Shown here piece after piece: positions 30,204-41,419 of a DNA stretch of 64,000 nucleotides. Source of the stretch: an uncultured Solirubrobacterales bacterium (GTDB lineage Bacteria; Actinomycetota; Thermoleophilia; Solirubrobacterales; Solirubrobacteraceae); NCBI GenBank assembly GCA_963777185.1, contig CAVZPU010000003.1:12865-76864 (forward strand), in the 5' to 3' direction. Position 1 is the stretch's first letter; each line of letters opens with the position of its first letter. The position numbers were made by a program, and so were the translations under genes. The notes below the pieces were generated by a model. The model did not search any database and was not told where the DNA came from. It worked only from the letters and a program-made list of their open reading frames with translations.

Positions 30204-31582
30204 TCAACCGGGCGCCGCCACCCAGGCCGCCATGCCACCCACGAGAGTGGCGACCGGGGGCCGGCCGCGACCGCGGATCAGGCTGGCGGCAAGCGCGGAG
30301 CGATAGCCGCTGGCGCAGTAGACGACGAGCCTGTCATCGAGGGGGAGCTCATGCAGGCGCCGGGGCAGTTGCAGGAGCGGCAGGTTCACCGCCCCATCGA
30401 TGTGTCCCTCGTCCCACTCGCGCGCCGTCCGAACGTCGAGCACGAGCGGCCGGGGGTGATACGCGAGCTGTTCGGCCAGGGAACCGGCCGTGATTCGCTC
30501 GGTGCGCTCGACGAGATCTGCGTGACCATCGAGCTGCTGCATCCCGCCGGCGAGGTACCCGGCGACGGTGTCAAAGCCGATCCGCCCTAGCCGCGTCGCC
30601 GCCTCGACCTCACGGCCCGGGTCGCAGACCAGGACGACCGGTCGGCCTTGATCCAGGATCGATCCGCACCAGGTCGCGAACGAGCCGCCCAGACCGATGT
30701 TCACAGCGCCACCGAGGTGAGCGCCCTCGAAGTCCGCCTGATCGCGCGTGTCGAGCAGTTGGGCTCCGCGCCCGACGAGCTCGAGCAGCTCGCCCAGGGA
30801 CAGAGGCCGCAGCTCACGAGCGAGCGCCGCGGCGAGGGTTGGGTGCTCCTGAGCGTTGAGAACCGCGTCGTAGGTGAAGTAGGCCGGCGTATCGGGCTGG
30901 TCCGTGGTCACGATCTCGACGAAGCGCTCGGGACTCATCGGCGCGAGCGCGTAGTTGTACTGACGCTGCACGCCGATCGTGGAGACCGTGTCGGTGGAGA
31001 GGTTGCGCCCGCAGAGCCGGCCCCGTGGGCCGGGTACACAAGCGTGTCGTCGGGCAGGGCGAGAAGCTTGTCTCGCAGGGAGCCATAGAGCAGGGCGGCA
31101 AGCTCCTCTGCGCTCCAGCCCAGCGACGCGCGCAGGTCAGGCCGGCCGACATCGCCGATGAAGAGGGTGTCGCCGGTCAGCACGGCGTAGGGGCGAGCGT
31201 CGTCGTGCTCGGGATCGAAGACGAGGATCGAGATCGACTCGGGCGAGTGACCAGGCGTCTCGAGCACCGAGAGCCGCACCCGCCCGAGGTGCAGCTCGTC
31301 GCCGTCGGTCATCGGTGTGAACGGGTACTGGGCCGTTGCCCTGGCGCCCAGGTGGATCGTCGCCCCCACCCGGTCGCGGAGCTCGAGGTGGCCGGCGATG
31401 AAGTCGGCGTGCAGATGGGTCAGGAAGACGTGGCCGATCGCGCAATCGATTTGCGCGGCGTCATCGACGTACTGCTCGATGTCTCGTTGCGGGTCGACCA
31501 CGGCCGCGCGCCCTGCCTCTGGTTCGGCGATCAGATAGGAAGCATGGGCCAGGCAGCCGAGGTAGTACGGCTTGAGAATCAT
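30204..31582 (-). CDS. MBL-fold persulfide dioxygenase-rhodanese fusion (frameshift near 31010)
   Basis: THLHADF, TPGHSPE, TGDTLF, YPAHGAGS, two rhodanese domains, YCASGYRS. Confidence 0.88.
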
Positions 31583-31651
31583 GACGCCGGCACGGGGCCG
31601 AGCCTATCCCCCTCCCGTGCCGGCGTCTACCGCGGCTCGGACGCAAACGGC

Positions 31652-32485
31652 TCAGAGCGGCCGGCGCGTCGGCCAGCACCTCGTTGCCGCCCACGAAGCC
31701 CGCGAGGACGGGCACGATGGCGCCGGGTCGCGACGTTGTGGTTCTGGCCCGGCAGCTCCTGCAGCCTGGCGTTCGGGAGCACGTCGGCGAGCGACCTTGA
31801 GGCATGCTTGAGGACGGGATAGGTCTTGGCGCCGTACGGGACCAGCGTCGGGCAGGTGACGGTGGCCCATTCCTCGGCCCGCAGCGGCTTCCCCTGCATG
31901 TTGGCGTCGCCGAGGGCGGCGTAGTCGAAGGTCAGCGTCAGGCCGTTGGCGGCGAACTTCCGGAACATCGGCAGCAGCCCCATCGCGGCCACGAACGGGC
32001 CGGGCATGCCGATGCCGTTGCGCATGAAGTGCTTGGCGGCGCGCATGCGGGTTGCCCTCGGCGACGATCCGGGCAAGCTGCTCGCCGTAGTCGTCGGTCG
32101 GGTACTTGGCCTCGGGGTCGGTCTTGAACGGCGTCTCGTAGACGACGAGCCTCTCGACGCGCACGCCAGCGGCCGCCGCGCGCAGGGCGAGCGCGCCGCC
32201 TGAGGACCAGCCCCACAGCGACGCGCGCCCGCCGACGGCGTCGATGAGAGCGGCGATGTCCTCGACCTCGTGCTGGACCGAGACCGGCCCCGCTTCGCCG
32301 CTGTCGCCGCGACCGCGGCGGTCGTAGTTGATCACCGTGCAGTGCTCGGACAGCGCACTGGCGATCTGCTCGAACTTCTTGAATTTGCGGTAACCCATGG
32401 CGCCGTTGACCATGATCAGCGCCGGGCCCTCGCCGTAGCGGTCGTAGGCGATCCGCGTGCCGTCAGCTGAGGTGATTGTGTACAT
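31652..32485 (-). CDS. alpha/beta hydrolase (frameshifted)
   Basis: SADGTRIAY, YDRRGRGDS, GWSSGG, LPGQNH. Confidence 0.85.
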   Translation of the reverse strand: MYTITSADGTRIAYDRYGEGPALIMVNGAMGYRKFKKFEQIASALSEHCTVINYDRRGRGDSGEAGPVSVQHEVEDIAALIDAVGGRASLWGWSSGGALALRAAAAGVRVERLVVYETPFKTDPEAKYPTDDYGEQLARIVAEGNPHARRQALHAQRHRHARPVRGRDGAAADVPEVRRQRPDADLRLRRPRRRQHAGEAAAGRGMGHRHLPDAGPVRRQDLSRPQACLKVARRRAPERQAAGAAGPEPQRRDPAPSCPSSRASWAATRCWPTRRPL

Positions 32486-32521
32486 GCCGTCCTCCCTGTG
32501 ACCGTGTGTGTCTCGGCCTCT

Positions 32522-32537
32522 AAGACCAAGCGGTCTT
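32522..32537. promoter_or_regulatory. Short dyad, possible repressor operator
   Basis: aagacc-aagc-ggtctt between divergent genes. Confidence 0.4.
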
Positions 32538-32612
32538 TGAAAATTCATCGGTTGGGCTGGAGTGCGCCTGCCTGCATGAACCAATGAGCAACGGGGCAAA
32601 ACGAGAGGCGCA

Positions 32613-32942
32613 ATGGCGGTGACACGGGGAAGGCGCGAACCGTCAGCCGGCGACGGGTTGCGCGTGTTCGTCATGACGACGTTTTTGCTGCTCGCCGTCG
32701 GCGTCGTGGCCGTGGGCTTCGCCGTGCTCAGCGGAGCTGCCGGATGGTGGGCGCTGGCCGCGGCATCGTTTCTCGTCGGCGGCCTGGGCGGCTGGCGGGC
32801 GGCGCACGAGCGACGCCGGCTCCGGGCCACGAGCCCGGAGCATGACCTCTCGCGACGTCAAGTCGCGCTGTACGGGGCGTTGGCGCTCGGCCTCGTGCTC
32901 CTTGCTCTGGCCATCCGCGGCATTGGCGCGCTGGTGGCCTGA
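32613..32942 (+). CDS. Small membrane protein
   Basis: Three hydrophobic segments; GAGG SD. Confidence 0.55.
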   Translation: MAVTRGRREPSAGDGLRVFVMTTFLLLAVGVVAVGFAVLSGAAGWWALAAASFLVGGLGGWRAAHERRRLRATSPEHDLSRRQVALYGALALGLVLLALAIRGIGALVA

Positions 32943-33080
32943 CGCCCCCGGTTTGCGCTCTACCTGCGAGGGGCCGGGTGCGGTCGTCCGCGCCGGCGGG
33001 AAAATGCCCACGTCGAGGTCCATCACGACCCGGCCAAGGTGGCGAGTGCCGTTACCCCGGCGCGCTTGAAGCTTGCTGCC

Positions 33081-33199
33081 AGGGTCCAAAACGCCCCAAC
33101 CAGCGCACCCGCATCGCGTGTTGGGGCGTTTCGCACCTGACAGGCGCATAAGTCACCGAGGTCGTCCTGGCCGGCGACCGTTGGGGACTTTTGAAGCCT
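33081..33199. repeat. Dispersed bipartite palindromic repeat, copy 3 (inverted)
   Basis: agggtccaaaacgccccaac...gttggggcgtttcgcacctgacagg...ttggggacttttgaagcct. Confidence 0.75.
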
Positions 33200-33249
33200 C
33201 GGATGGTGGGCGCCCCGCCGTCCCGACGCCGGTTGGCCGGTGGCCGCGC

Positions 33250-33408
33250 TACATGCCGACAATCTTCGCCTTCTGCGCCGCACTCGTCGTCGGTCAACAC
33301 GCCGCGGTCGTGCAACTCGGCGAGCTTGGTGAGCTGCTCGGCCGGATCGGGAGCCGCTTGGTCCCGCCCTGGGTCATCATGTCCTGCAGGCTCTGCCCGC
33401 CGATCATG
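33250..33408 (-). pseudogene. SHOCT-domain remnant
   Basis: DPAEQLTKLAELHDRGVLTDDE, then frameshift to AQKAKIVGM*. Confidence 0.55.
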
Positions 33409-33489
33409 ACCGCTCGACGAGGTCATCCTTGTCCTCGTCGCGGTGCCGTTGCTCATGAGGGAAGCGACCAAGGACGGGAACTCCAAGAG

Positions 33490-33563
<74 letters not shown>

Positions 33564-33839
33564 GAGTGGGGCTCTGAGTATGGCAGGAGATATTTCGGCG
33601 CCGCTTGGCGCAACTTTGGCGGCGGCCGGCGGGTTTGTAGCGGGCGAATCGAGCTTCCCGGAGGACGCGCCCAACCCGGCCGTGGGCGCGCGATGGGGAT
33701 CGGCGGCGGGGACCCGATCGGGGTCCCCGTCGTGCGTTAAGCGCTCGGCGCGGCGCCGGGGCCACGGCGATCCCCGTGGTCGAGAGCGGCGCATCGTCGC
33801 ACTGAATCTACACTAATTCGATCATGTATGATGGATTTC

Positions 33840-34781
33840 ATGACGACGGCCCTTCGCGTCGACGTCCACCAGCACGTCTGGACCGCCCCGCTGCTCGCCG
33901 CCCTGGCCGAGCGGCGCCGGCTGCCCTTCGTCCGCCGCAGCCGCGGCCTGACCGTCCTGCACTGCGCCGGCGAGCGCCCGTACGTGATCGACGTCGAGCG
34001 GCGAGCGCCCGGCACGCCGCGCGAAGCTCGTCGTCCAGGACCGCCTGGATCTCGCCCTGGTCGCGCTCTCCAGCCCGATCGGCATCGAGGTGCCTGCCCC
34101 GGGCCGAGGCCCAGCCGCTCATCGACGGCCTACCTGACCGGGCGTGGCCGAGCTCGGCCCGGCCTTCCGCGCCTGGGGGCCGCTGGCCCTCGATCGCGCC
34201 CGACCCCGACGACGTCGATGAGCTGCTCGCCCGCGGCTGCGTCGGCGATCTCGCTGCCCGCCGCCGCGCTCACCGGTGCCGGAGGCGCTCGGGCGCATCG
34301 GCCCCGTCCTCGAGCGGCTCGGCGACGCATGGCGCCCCGCTGTTCGTGCACCCCGGTCCCGCGATCGGCGAGCCCTGCGCCTGGAGGATCCCCTGTGGTG
34401 GCCGGCCCTCACCGACTACGTGGCCCAGATGCAGGCGGCCTGGCTGAGCTTCGCCGCCCTCGGCTCGCCGCGAGCACCCGGAGCTCACCGTCGTCTTCGC
34501 CATGCTGGCCGGCGGCGCCCCGCTGCTCAGCGAGCGCCTCGAAGCCCGCGGCGGTCCGCCCATCGACATTCGCGACCGCGCACGTCTTCTACGAGACCTC
34601 GAGCTACGGCCCGGCGGCGATCGAGGCGATGGCCCGCCGCGTGGGGCCCGACCAGCTCGTCTACGGCTCGGACCGGCCGGTCGTCGAGCCGATCGCGAGC
34701 GGGCGCGAGGTCCTGCTGCAGCGCAACGGCGTTCGCCTCATCCAGACGGGCATGGCGGCCGAGATGGAGCTCACGGTATGA
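33840..34781 (+). CDS. Amidohydrolase, paralog of 19642-20529 (frameshifted)
   Basis: VDVHQHVW, PLFVHPG, WWPALTDYVAQMQAAW, FAMLAGGAP, FYETSSYG, GSDRP; TATGAT 7 nt before the ATG suggests a leaderless transcript. Confidence 0.8.
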   Translation: MTTALRVDVHQHVWTAPLLAALAERRRLPFVRRSRGLTVLHCAGERPYVIDVERRAPGTPREARRPGPPGSRPGRALQPDRHRGACPGPRPSRSSTAYLTGRGRARPGLPRLGAAGPRSRPTPTTSMSCSPAAASAISLPAAALTGAGGARAHRPRPRAARRRMAPRCSCTPVPRSASPAPGGSPVVAGPHRLRGPDAGGLAELRRPRLAASTRSSPSSSPCWPAAPRCSASASKPAAVRPSTFATAHVFYETSSYGPAAIEAMARRVGPDQLVYGSDRPVVEPIASGREVLLQRNGVRLIQTGMAAEMELTV

Positions 34782-35265
34782 GTCTCGATGCACCGAACAG
34801 CTCGAGGGCTTCGTCCGCGACCTCGCGGCGCGCCCGCAGCTCTGGCGCCACCACGTGCGCCGACGACCGCCGCGGGCGCGTCTACGAGCTGATCTGGGAC
34901 GACGCCGAGGTCAACGCCTGGCTCATCTGCTGGAGCGAGGACCCGGACACCGGCTTCCACGACCACGACCACTCGGCCGCCGCGATCGCCGTCATCGAGG
35001 CGCCATCCTCGAGGAGCGGCTGTGCGTCGGGGGCGACCGCGCGCAGCCGCTCCACCGCGCCGGGGCCGACCGTCACGCGTCCCGGCGACCGCCATCCACC
35101 GCGTCCTGCACGCCGGAGGCGCCCCGGCGGTCTCGATCCACGCCTACTCGCCGCCGCTGGTGCGCACCGGCGCCTACCGCGTCTCGGACGACGGCCTGCT
35201 CGAGCGCGAGGCCCAGGGCGTCGAGGCGGAGCTGCAAGGGAGCGCCGGCAGCGGCAGTATCGTAG
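34778..35265 (+). CDS. Cysteine dioxygenase-like thiol dioxygenase, paralog of 19129-19651 (frameshifted)
   Basis: NAWLICWSEDPDTGFHDHD, IHRV, SIHAYSPPL; ATGA overlap with the upstream gene. Confidence 0.8.
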
Positions 35266-35271
35266 GCGGGC

Positions 35272-35948
35272 ATGGAGCCCGAGCCCGCTCACGCGCCAAC
35301 CTGCTACCAGCTCACCCGGCTGCGGCGGTCAACGCCTACCTGGTGCGCGAGGACGACGGCTTCACGCTCGTGGACACGATGATCCCCGGCAGCGCCAGCC
35401 GGATCCTCGACGCCGCCCGGCGCGCCGGCGGGGAGATCCGCCGCATGGCCCTCACCCACGGCCACAGCGACCACGTCGGCTCGCTCGACGCCCTGAAGGA
35501 GACCCTCGGGAGCTCGGCGGAGGTGCTCATCCCCGAGACCGACGCCCGCATCCTCGCCGGCGAGAAGGTGGTCGACGGCAAGCTCCCCGGCTCCTGGCCC
35601 ACGGTCGAAGACCACGCCCGACGTGCGCCTGCAGCCCGGCGACCGGGTCGGCAGCCTCGAGGTCGTCCCCGCGCCCGGGCACACCCCCGGCCACGTGGCC
35701 TTCCTGGACACCCGCGACCGCAGCGTGATCGCCGGCGACGTGTTCGTCACCGATCGGCGGCCTCGCCGTCACCAACCACTTCCACCTCCGCTTCCCGCTG
35801 GCCTCCATGGCCACGTGGGACAAGAGCAGGACCTCGAGTCGGCCAGGCGCATTCGCGAGCTCGACCCCTCGCTCCTCGTCGTCGGCCACGGGGCCCCGCG
35901 CACGAGCCGGGCCCCGCCCTCGACAAGGCGATCGCCGCCGCCGGCTGA
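35272..35948 (+). CDS. MBL-fold metallo-hydrolase (frameshifted)
   Basis: VNAYLV, THGHSDHVG, PGHTPGH, AGD, VGHG. Confidence 0.85.
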
Positions 35949-35957
35949 TCCGCGGCC

Positions 35958-36710
35958 GTGGCCACGACGCACGTCACGGTCAACCACGACGGCGGCATCG
36001 ACGAGGTGGCCGTCGAGGAGCCCCTGGAGATCCGCGTCGACGGCGCGCCGCTGGCCGTGACCATGCGCACCCCCGGCCACGACGAGGAGCTGGCGCTCGG
36101 CTTCCTCTACGGCGAGGGCCTCATCGACGGACCCCGCGCGACCGGCCTGACCGCCGACTTCGCCGCCAACACCATCGAGGTGACGGGCCCGCTCGTCCGC
36201 GAGCCGGGCGCGCGGCGCTTCTACACCACCTCGTCCTGCGGTGTGTGCGGCAAGGGCGCCCTGGAGGAGGTCGCCGTGCTCAGCGCGCCGCTGCCAGAGG
36301 GACCGCGAGTCGAGCGCGCGCTGCTGGCCGCCCTTCCCGACCGGCTCGAGCAGCCCGGCTTTGAGCGCACCGGCGGCCTGCACGCCACCGGCCTGTTCAC
36401 CGCCGAGGGCACGCTGCTCAGCACCCGCGAGGACGTCGGGCGCCATAACGCCATGGACAAGGTCATCGGCCGGGCCCTGCTCGACGGCCGTGTTGCACTG
36501 CACGGGCACATCCTGTGCGTGAGCGGGCGGCTCTCCTTCGAGCTCGTCCAGAAGGCCGCCGTGGCCGGCGCCCCGATCCTCGTCGGCGTCGGCGCCCCGA
36601 GCTCGCTGGCCGTCGCGCTGGCCGACGAGCGCGGCATGACCCTGTGCGGCTTTGCCCGCCGCGGACGGGTCAACGTCTACACCCACCCGGCGCGCGTCGG
36701 CTCAGTCTAA
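35958..36710 (+). CDS. fdhD: Formate dehydrogenase accessory sulfurtransferase
   Basis: EEPLEI, TMRTPG, SSCGVCG, TGGLHA, EDVGRHNAMDK, SGRLSFE. Confidence 0.95.
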   Translation: MATTHVTVNHDGGIDEVAVEEPLEIRVDGAPLAVTMRTPGHDEELALGFLYGEGLIDGPRATGLTADFAANTIEVTGPLVREPGARRFYTTSSCGVCGKGALEEVAVLSAPLPEGPRVERALLAALPDRLEQPGFERTGGLHATGLFTAEGTLLSTREDVGRHNAMDKVIGRALLDGRVALHGHILCVSGRLSFELVQKAAVAGAPILVGVGAPSSLAVALADERGMTLCGFARRGRVNVYTHPARVGSV

Positions 36711-37805
36711 GCAGCGGCGAAGCTCGACGAGCCGCTCGATGTCCTGCTCCGAGGACCACGCCCCGACCGAGGCCCGCACCAGGCCAAAGGCGGGAATGCT
36801 CCGCACCACGATCCCCTCGGCGGCCAGGCGCTCCACGACGGCCTGAGCGTCGCCGGCCTCCCAGGAGACGAGCGTCGAGGCGCCCCGCGGCCACACGGTC
36901 AGGCCGCGCTCGCTCAAGCGCTGGACCAGCAGCTCGGCCAAGCCGGCCGCGCGCGCGTGGACCCACGTCCAGCCCGCCTGCTCGAAGACCTCGAGCGAGG
37001 CGAGCGCGTAGACGCTGCGCAAGCCAGCCGGATAGCCGTGATCAAAGCGCGCCGCCCCGTCGGCGGGCTCGAACTCGAGCGCCCGGTGCGGGTCGGCCAG
37101 CGAGCCGTAGCCCGGCCACGGCACGAGCAGGTCGTCGAGGCGCTCCTCGCGGACGTAGAGGCAGCCGCTGCCCTCCGGCCCGCACAGCCACTTCTGGCCC
37201 GAGCCGGCGTAGAAGTCGCAGCCGAAGGCACGGACGTCGACGGGCACGGCGCCGATGCTCTGGGCGCCGTCGAGCAGAAGCGACACCCCTGTGGCCGTGA
37301 TGGCCGCGACGTCGACCACCCGGCCGCTGACCCAGGAGACGTGCGAGCAGGCGACGAGCCGCGTCGCCTCGGTGACGGCGCCGGCGATCTCGGCGAAGGG
37401 AACGACGCGGACGTTCACGCCGCGAGCCCGCTTGGCCCGGCCGAGGGGAGCCAGCAGGCCGGGGTGCTCCTCGTCGCTGGTGATGATCTCATCGCCCTCG
37501 CGCAGGTCGAGCCCACCGAGGACGGTGTTGCACCCGTCGGTCGTCGAGCCGGTCAGTGCCACCTCCGCGGGCGCGCATCCGAGTAAGTCGGCATAGCTGG
37601 CGCGCAGCCGCCCGGCCAGGGCTTGGGTCTCCTCGAAGTAGCTGCGACCACAACGGCCGACCTGCGCCTCCGCCTCGGCGCGCTCCTTGACCGCGGTGGC
37701 CGCGTGCTCGGGCACGGGACCCTCGGTGCCGGCGTTCAGATAGACAAGCCGCTCGAAGACGGGGAACTGCGAGCGAAACGCCTGCGCGTCTCCGGGTGCG
37801 TCCAC
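36702..37805 (-). CDS. Class V PLP enzyme (cysteine/cystine lyase or desulfurase-like)
   Basis: YLNAGTEGP, EEHPG, DGAQS, SGQKWLCGPEG. Confidence 0.88.
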   Translation of the reverse strand: MDAPGDAQAFRSQFPVFERLVYLNAGTEGPVPEHAATAVKERAEAEAQVGRCGRSYFEETQALAGRLRASYADLLGCAPAEVALTGSTTDGCNTVLGGLDLREGDEIITSDEEHPGLLAPLGRAKRARGVNVRVVPFAEIAGAVTEATRLVACSHVSWVSGRVVDVAAITATGVSLLLDGAQSIGAVPVDVRAFGCDFYAGSGQKWLCGPEGSGCLYVREERLDDLLVPWPGYGSLADPHRALEFEPADGAARFDHGYPAGLRSVYALASLEVFEQAGWTWVHARAAGLAELLVQRLSERGLTVWPRGASTLVSWEAGDAQAVVERLAAEGIVVRSIPAFGLVRASVGAWSSEQDIERLVELRRCLD

Positions 37806-37811
37806 GGAGCG

Positions 37812-39428
37812 CTACTGGGCCGGCTGCTCGACGGCGCGCTCGGCCAGCTCGCGCTTGAGCACCTTGCCGGTCTGGTTGCGAGGGAGCTCGTCGACGAAGA
37901 CGATCTCGCGCGGGACCTTGTAGTTGGCCAGGTTCTCCTTGACGTAGCCCTTGATGTCGTCCTCGCTGAGGTGGGCCCCGTCGCGCAGGACGACGAAGGC
38001 CCGCAGCCGCTGGCCGAACTGCTCATCGTGCACGCCGAGGGCCGCCGCCTCCTGGATTGACTCGTGACTGGCCAGGAGCTCCTCGATCTCGGCCGGGAAG
38101 ACGTTCTCCCCGCCCGAGACGATCATCTCGTCGTCGCGACCGTCGATGAACAGCCGGCCCTCCTCGTCGAAGTGGCCGACGTCGCCGGAGGCCATGAGCC
38201 CGGACATGAGCTCCTTGTTGCCGCCGCCCGTGTAGCCCTCGAACTGGGAGATGTTGCCGACGAAGATGCGCCCGCTCTGACCGCCGGCGACCTCCTGGCC
38301 GTCCTCGCCGAAGATCTTGACCACCGAGCCGCGCACGACCTTGCCCGCCGTCCCGGGTTCGACCTCGAGGTCCTCCGGCGTGGCGATCGTGGCGTAGGCG
38401 ACCTCGGTGGAGCCGTAGAGGTTGTAGATGACCGGCCCGAGGAGCTCCAGGGACCGCCTGGCCAGATCAGCCCCGAGGGCCGAGCCGCTGACGAAGATGA
38501 TGCGCAGCGCCGAGAGGTCGTGGCCCTTGATGCTGCTCCTCGCCCAGGTCGACGATCCGTCGAAGCATGACCGGCACGACGACGAGCGCGGTGGCACCGT
38601 GCTCCTCCATGCTCGCGAGCGGTCTGCTCGGGATCAAAGCGCCGGCGCACGACGAGCGTCGAGCCAAGCCCGATGGCCACCATGGCCTGGGCGAAGCCGA
38701 GGGCGTGGAACATGGGCACGGCCATCTCGGTCACCTCGCGGGCGCGGAAGGGGACCTTGCTGAGCAGGCCCCCGAACAGCCCCAGCGAGCGCGGCTCGGA
38801 GCGCGGCGCTCCCTTCGGCGTACCGGTCGTCCCGCTGGTCAGGATGATGATGCGCGGGGTCGTCCCGGGGCGCGGCGGCGTCTTGCGTCGACCCGACCTC
38901 GGCGAGCGCGTCGAGCGTGTCCTCGCCCGGCTCCTCGGCCCAGGCGCGATAGCGGCCGCGGGTGGGCTCGACGCCCTCGAGCATCTCCGCATACTCATCG
39001 TCGTAGACGAGCAGGTCGGTTTCCTCGCGCGTGGCCACGTCGCGGATCTGGGGCCCGGCGAACGAGGTGTTGAGAAGGATGATCCGCGCGCCGCACTTCG
39101 CGGCGGCGAAGATCGCCTCGAGGAAGCCGCGGTGGTTGCGCACGAGCACGGCGACGCCTTCGCCGGGCTGCAGACCACGCTCGCGCCAGGCGTTGGCGAT
39201 GGCGTTCGTGCGCTCGTCGAGCTCCTTGTAGCTGAGCTCGCCGCGCTCGTCGATGATCGCGAGCTGGTTGCCGTGGCGGATAGCGCCCGCCGAGATGGCC
39301 CCGCCGATCATGCCGAAGCGCTCGAAGGCGAGCAGCATCTGGGCCACGCGGTGTGGCAGTTCCGGACCGACCATCCCGCTGCGGATGCACAGCGCGGCGA
39401 AGTAGGCCTCATCTCCGAAGCGCTCCAC
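37812..39428 (-). CDS. Acyl-CoA synthetase (FadD-like; frameshifted)
   Basis: LTSGTTGTPKG, YGSTE, SGDVG, GRDDEMIVSGGENV, TGKVLKR; start uncertain. Confidence 0.88.
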
Positions 39429-39608
39429 CAGCTTGGCGGTGCCGGCCAGAAGTGACTTGGGGTCTAGGTCAGGGATCGGACTCTCCTCCAGTGATCAGCC
39501 TATGGCATCACGGCCCATCCCGGCCGTGTCAACGGATGGCGCGGGGCAGTACCTGACCATCCTGCCCTCTGGCATGAATTATGAACTGGTGGGTAGAACG
39601 TGCAGGCG

Positions 39609-40419
39609 ATGATCGGCCAGCTCATCACCCTGCCCGTACGGGCGTCCGCGCGCGGTGCCCGCATGGCCGCCCAGGTGGCCGAGGGTGCCGCCGGCGATGC
39701 GGTGACCAGCACGCTGCGGCTGGTCGGATTGCTCGAGAACCTGCGTCCAGGCGCAGGGCGCCGACCTTCCACGCCGGCGGCGGCCCGGCCGCAGGGCGAC
39801 CCGACGGGCGCCCGGAGCGAAACCCCGCCGCGTCCGCCGGCGACCACGTCCCGTGAAGGCAGGCGCAGGACCTCGCGAGCCAAGAGCGAGCCGGCCGAGA
39901 CCCGCGCGCAGCAGGCGCAGCCGGCGGCCCAGGGCGCAGCCGAGGCCGACGAAGCCCAAGAGACTCCAGCGGCGCAGGAGGACCAGAGCGCATCCACTGC
40001 ACAGGCGGGCGTCCCCAGCGATCCGCGGCGGGCGGAGCGACAGCGAGCCACAACCTGCTTCGCCCAACAACGGAGGGCATGAGGAACTGGCCAGCGAGCG
40101 CCTCGCCCGTGAGGACGTCCCCGCCGCTCGCCCTCGAGGCCGAGGACATCGAGCCGGCCCACGTGTCAGAAGACGCCCGTGCTCGTCCGCGAGAGCGCCG
40201 AGCCCGGCGCCGAGGACGGTGCCGGCGCCTCGGTCACCGTGGCCGAGCCATGGGAGGGCTACAGCGGGATGAACGCCCGCGAGGTCGTCGCTCGGCTCAG
40301 CACGCGCTTCAGCCGCTGAGCTCGCCGCCGTGCAGCTCTACGAGAGCGCCGCTCGCAGCCGCCAGATGGTGCTCCAGGCGGTCGAGCGCGAGCTCAGAAC
40401 CGCCGACCGCGGCCGCTAA
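39609..40419 (+). CDS. Hypothetical protein (frameshifted)
   Basis: MIGQLITLPV...; the C-terminal segment in other frames reads EPWEGYSGMNAREVV...ELAAVQLYE...VLQAVERELR. Confidence 0.55.
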
Positions 40420-40448
40420 GCCCCAACCCGACCAAGGAGCCAGAACCA

Positions 40449-41270
40449 ATGCCCGAAGACGGACTGAATCAACGCGACGCCAAGCTCATCCAGTGGCTGA
40501 ACGAGGCCTACGCCAAGGAGGCCGAGCTCGAAGCCGACCTCACCGCCCACATCACGCTCACCCAGAAGGACACCTACAAGAAGCGGCTGCGCAAGCACCT
40601 GAGCGAGACCAAGGACCACAAGAAGCAGGTCGGCAGCCCGCATCAAGAAGCTGGGCGGCGACCCCGCCGGCGGCCCGCAGAACTTTCCGGGCGTACCCGG
40701 CGCCGTGGGCGAGATCGCCGGCAAGGCGGTGGCCGCGGTCAAGGGCCAGGTGGGCACAGCGCGCGCGGCGGTGACCAGCCAGGCCGAGACGCACCTGCGC
40801 AACGCCCAGGAGGAGCTGCGCGAGGAGCACGTCGAGATCGCCATCTATCGGCGCATCGAGACCTTCGCCACCGAGGTCGGCGACCGCGAGACCGCGCAGC
40901 TGGCCAAGCGGATCATCCGCGACGAGGAGCGGATGGCCAAGTTCCTCGACGCCGAGCTCGACGCGGCTCGTCAAGGAGGTCGTCCGCAGCGACGTGCCCA
41001 AGGACCAGCGCGACACCGGCCGGCGATCCTCGAGCCGGAGCTCGAGCCGCTCGAGCAGCAGCCGCAGCCGGAGTTCGTCGAGCTCGCGCAGCAGCGGGTC
41101 CCGGAGCCGTAGCGGCTCCGCGGAGCAGCCAGCAGCCGGAGGCAGCTCGAGCCGGCAGCCGCGGGTCGAGCAACGGCGGCTCGGGCAGCCGCTCACGGTC
41201 GCTCGTCGCGCTCCTGAAGCGGCCGAACAAAGACAAGCAGTGTTTAGCGGTCGCGGTCGGCCGGGCATAA
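40449..41270 (+). CDS. Ferritin-like DUF892/YciF protein with Ser/Arg-rich tail (frameshifted)
   Basis: WLNEAYAKE, HLSETKDH, EEHVEIAIY, DEERMA; AAGGAG SD. Confidence 0.78.
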   Translation: MPEDGLNQRDAKLIQWLNEAYAKEAELEADLTAHITLTQKDTYKKRLRKHLSETKDHKKQVGSPHQEAGRRPRRRPAELSGRTRRRGRDRRQGGGRGQGPGGHSARGGDQPGRDAPAQRPGGAARGARRDRHLSAHRDLRHRGRRPRDRAAGQADHPRRGADGQVPRRRARRGSSRRSSAATCPRTSATPAGDPRAGARAARAAAAAGVRRARAAAGPGAVAAPRSSQQPEAARAGSRGSSNGGSGSRSRSLVALLKRPNKDKQCLAVAVGRA

Positions 41271-41419
41271 GCAGAGCACACAGTCAAGGAACTGCGCCCC
41301 CACTTCCTTGACCTCTCCGGGAGGACTCAGATGGATCTGGGTCCTCCCGGAGCCGACTTTAACGGGCCGTTTCGGGGCCTGCGTCGCCCGCCGCTCTGGC
41401 GTCCGAGCCGTCGTGCACC

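Noticed and set aside
36702-37805. EgtE (ergothioneine biosynthesis C-S lyase)
   Set aside because: Same fold class, but no egtABCD nearby and the motifs are not diagnostic.
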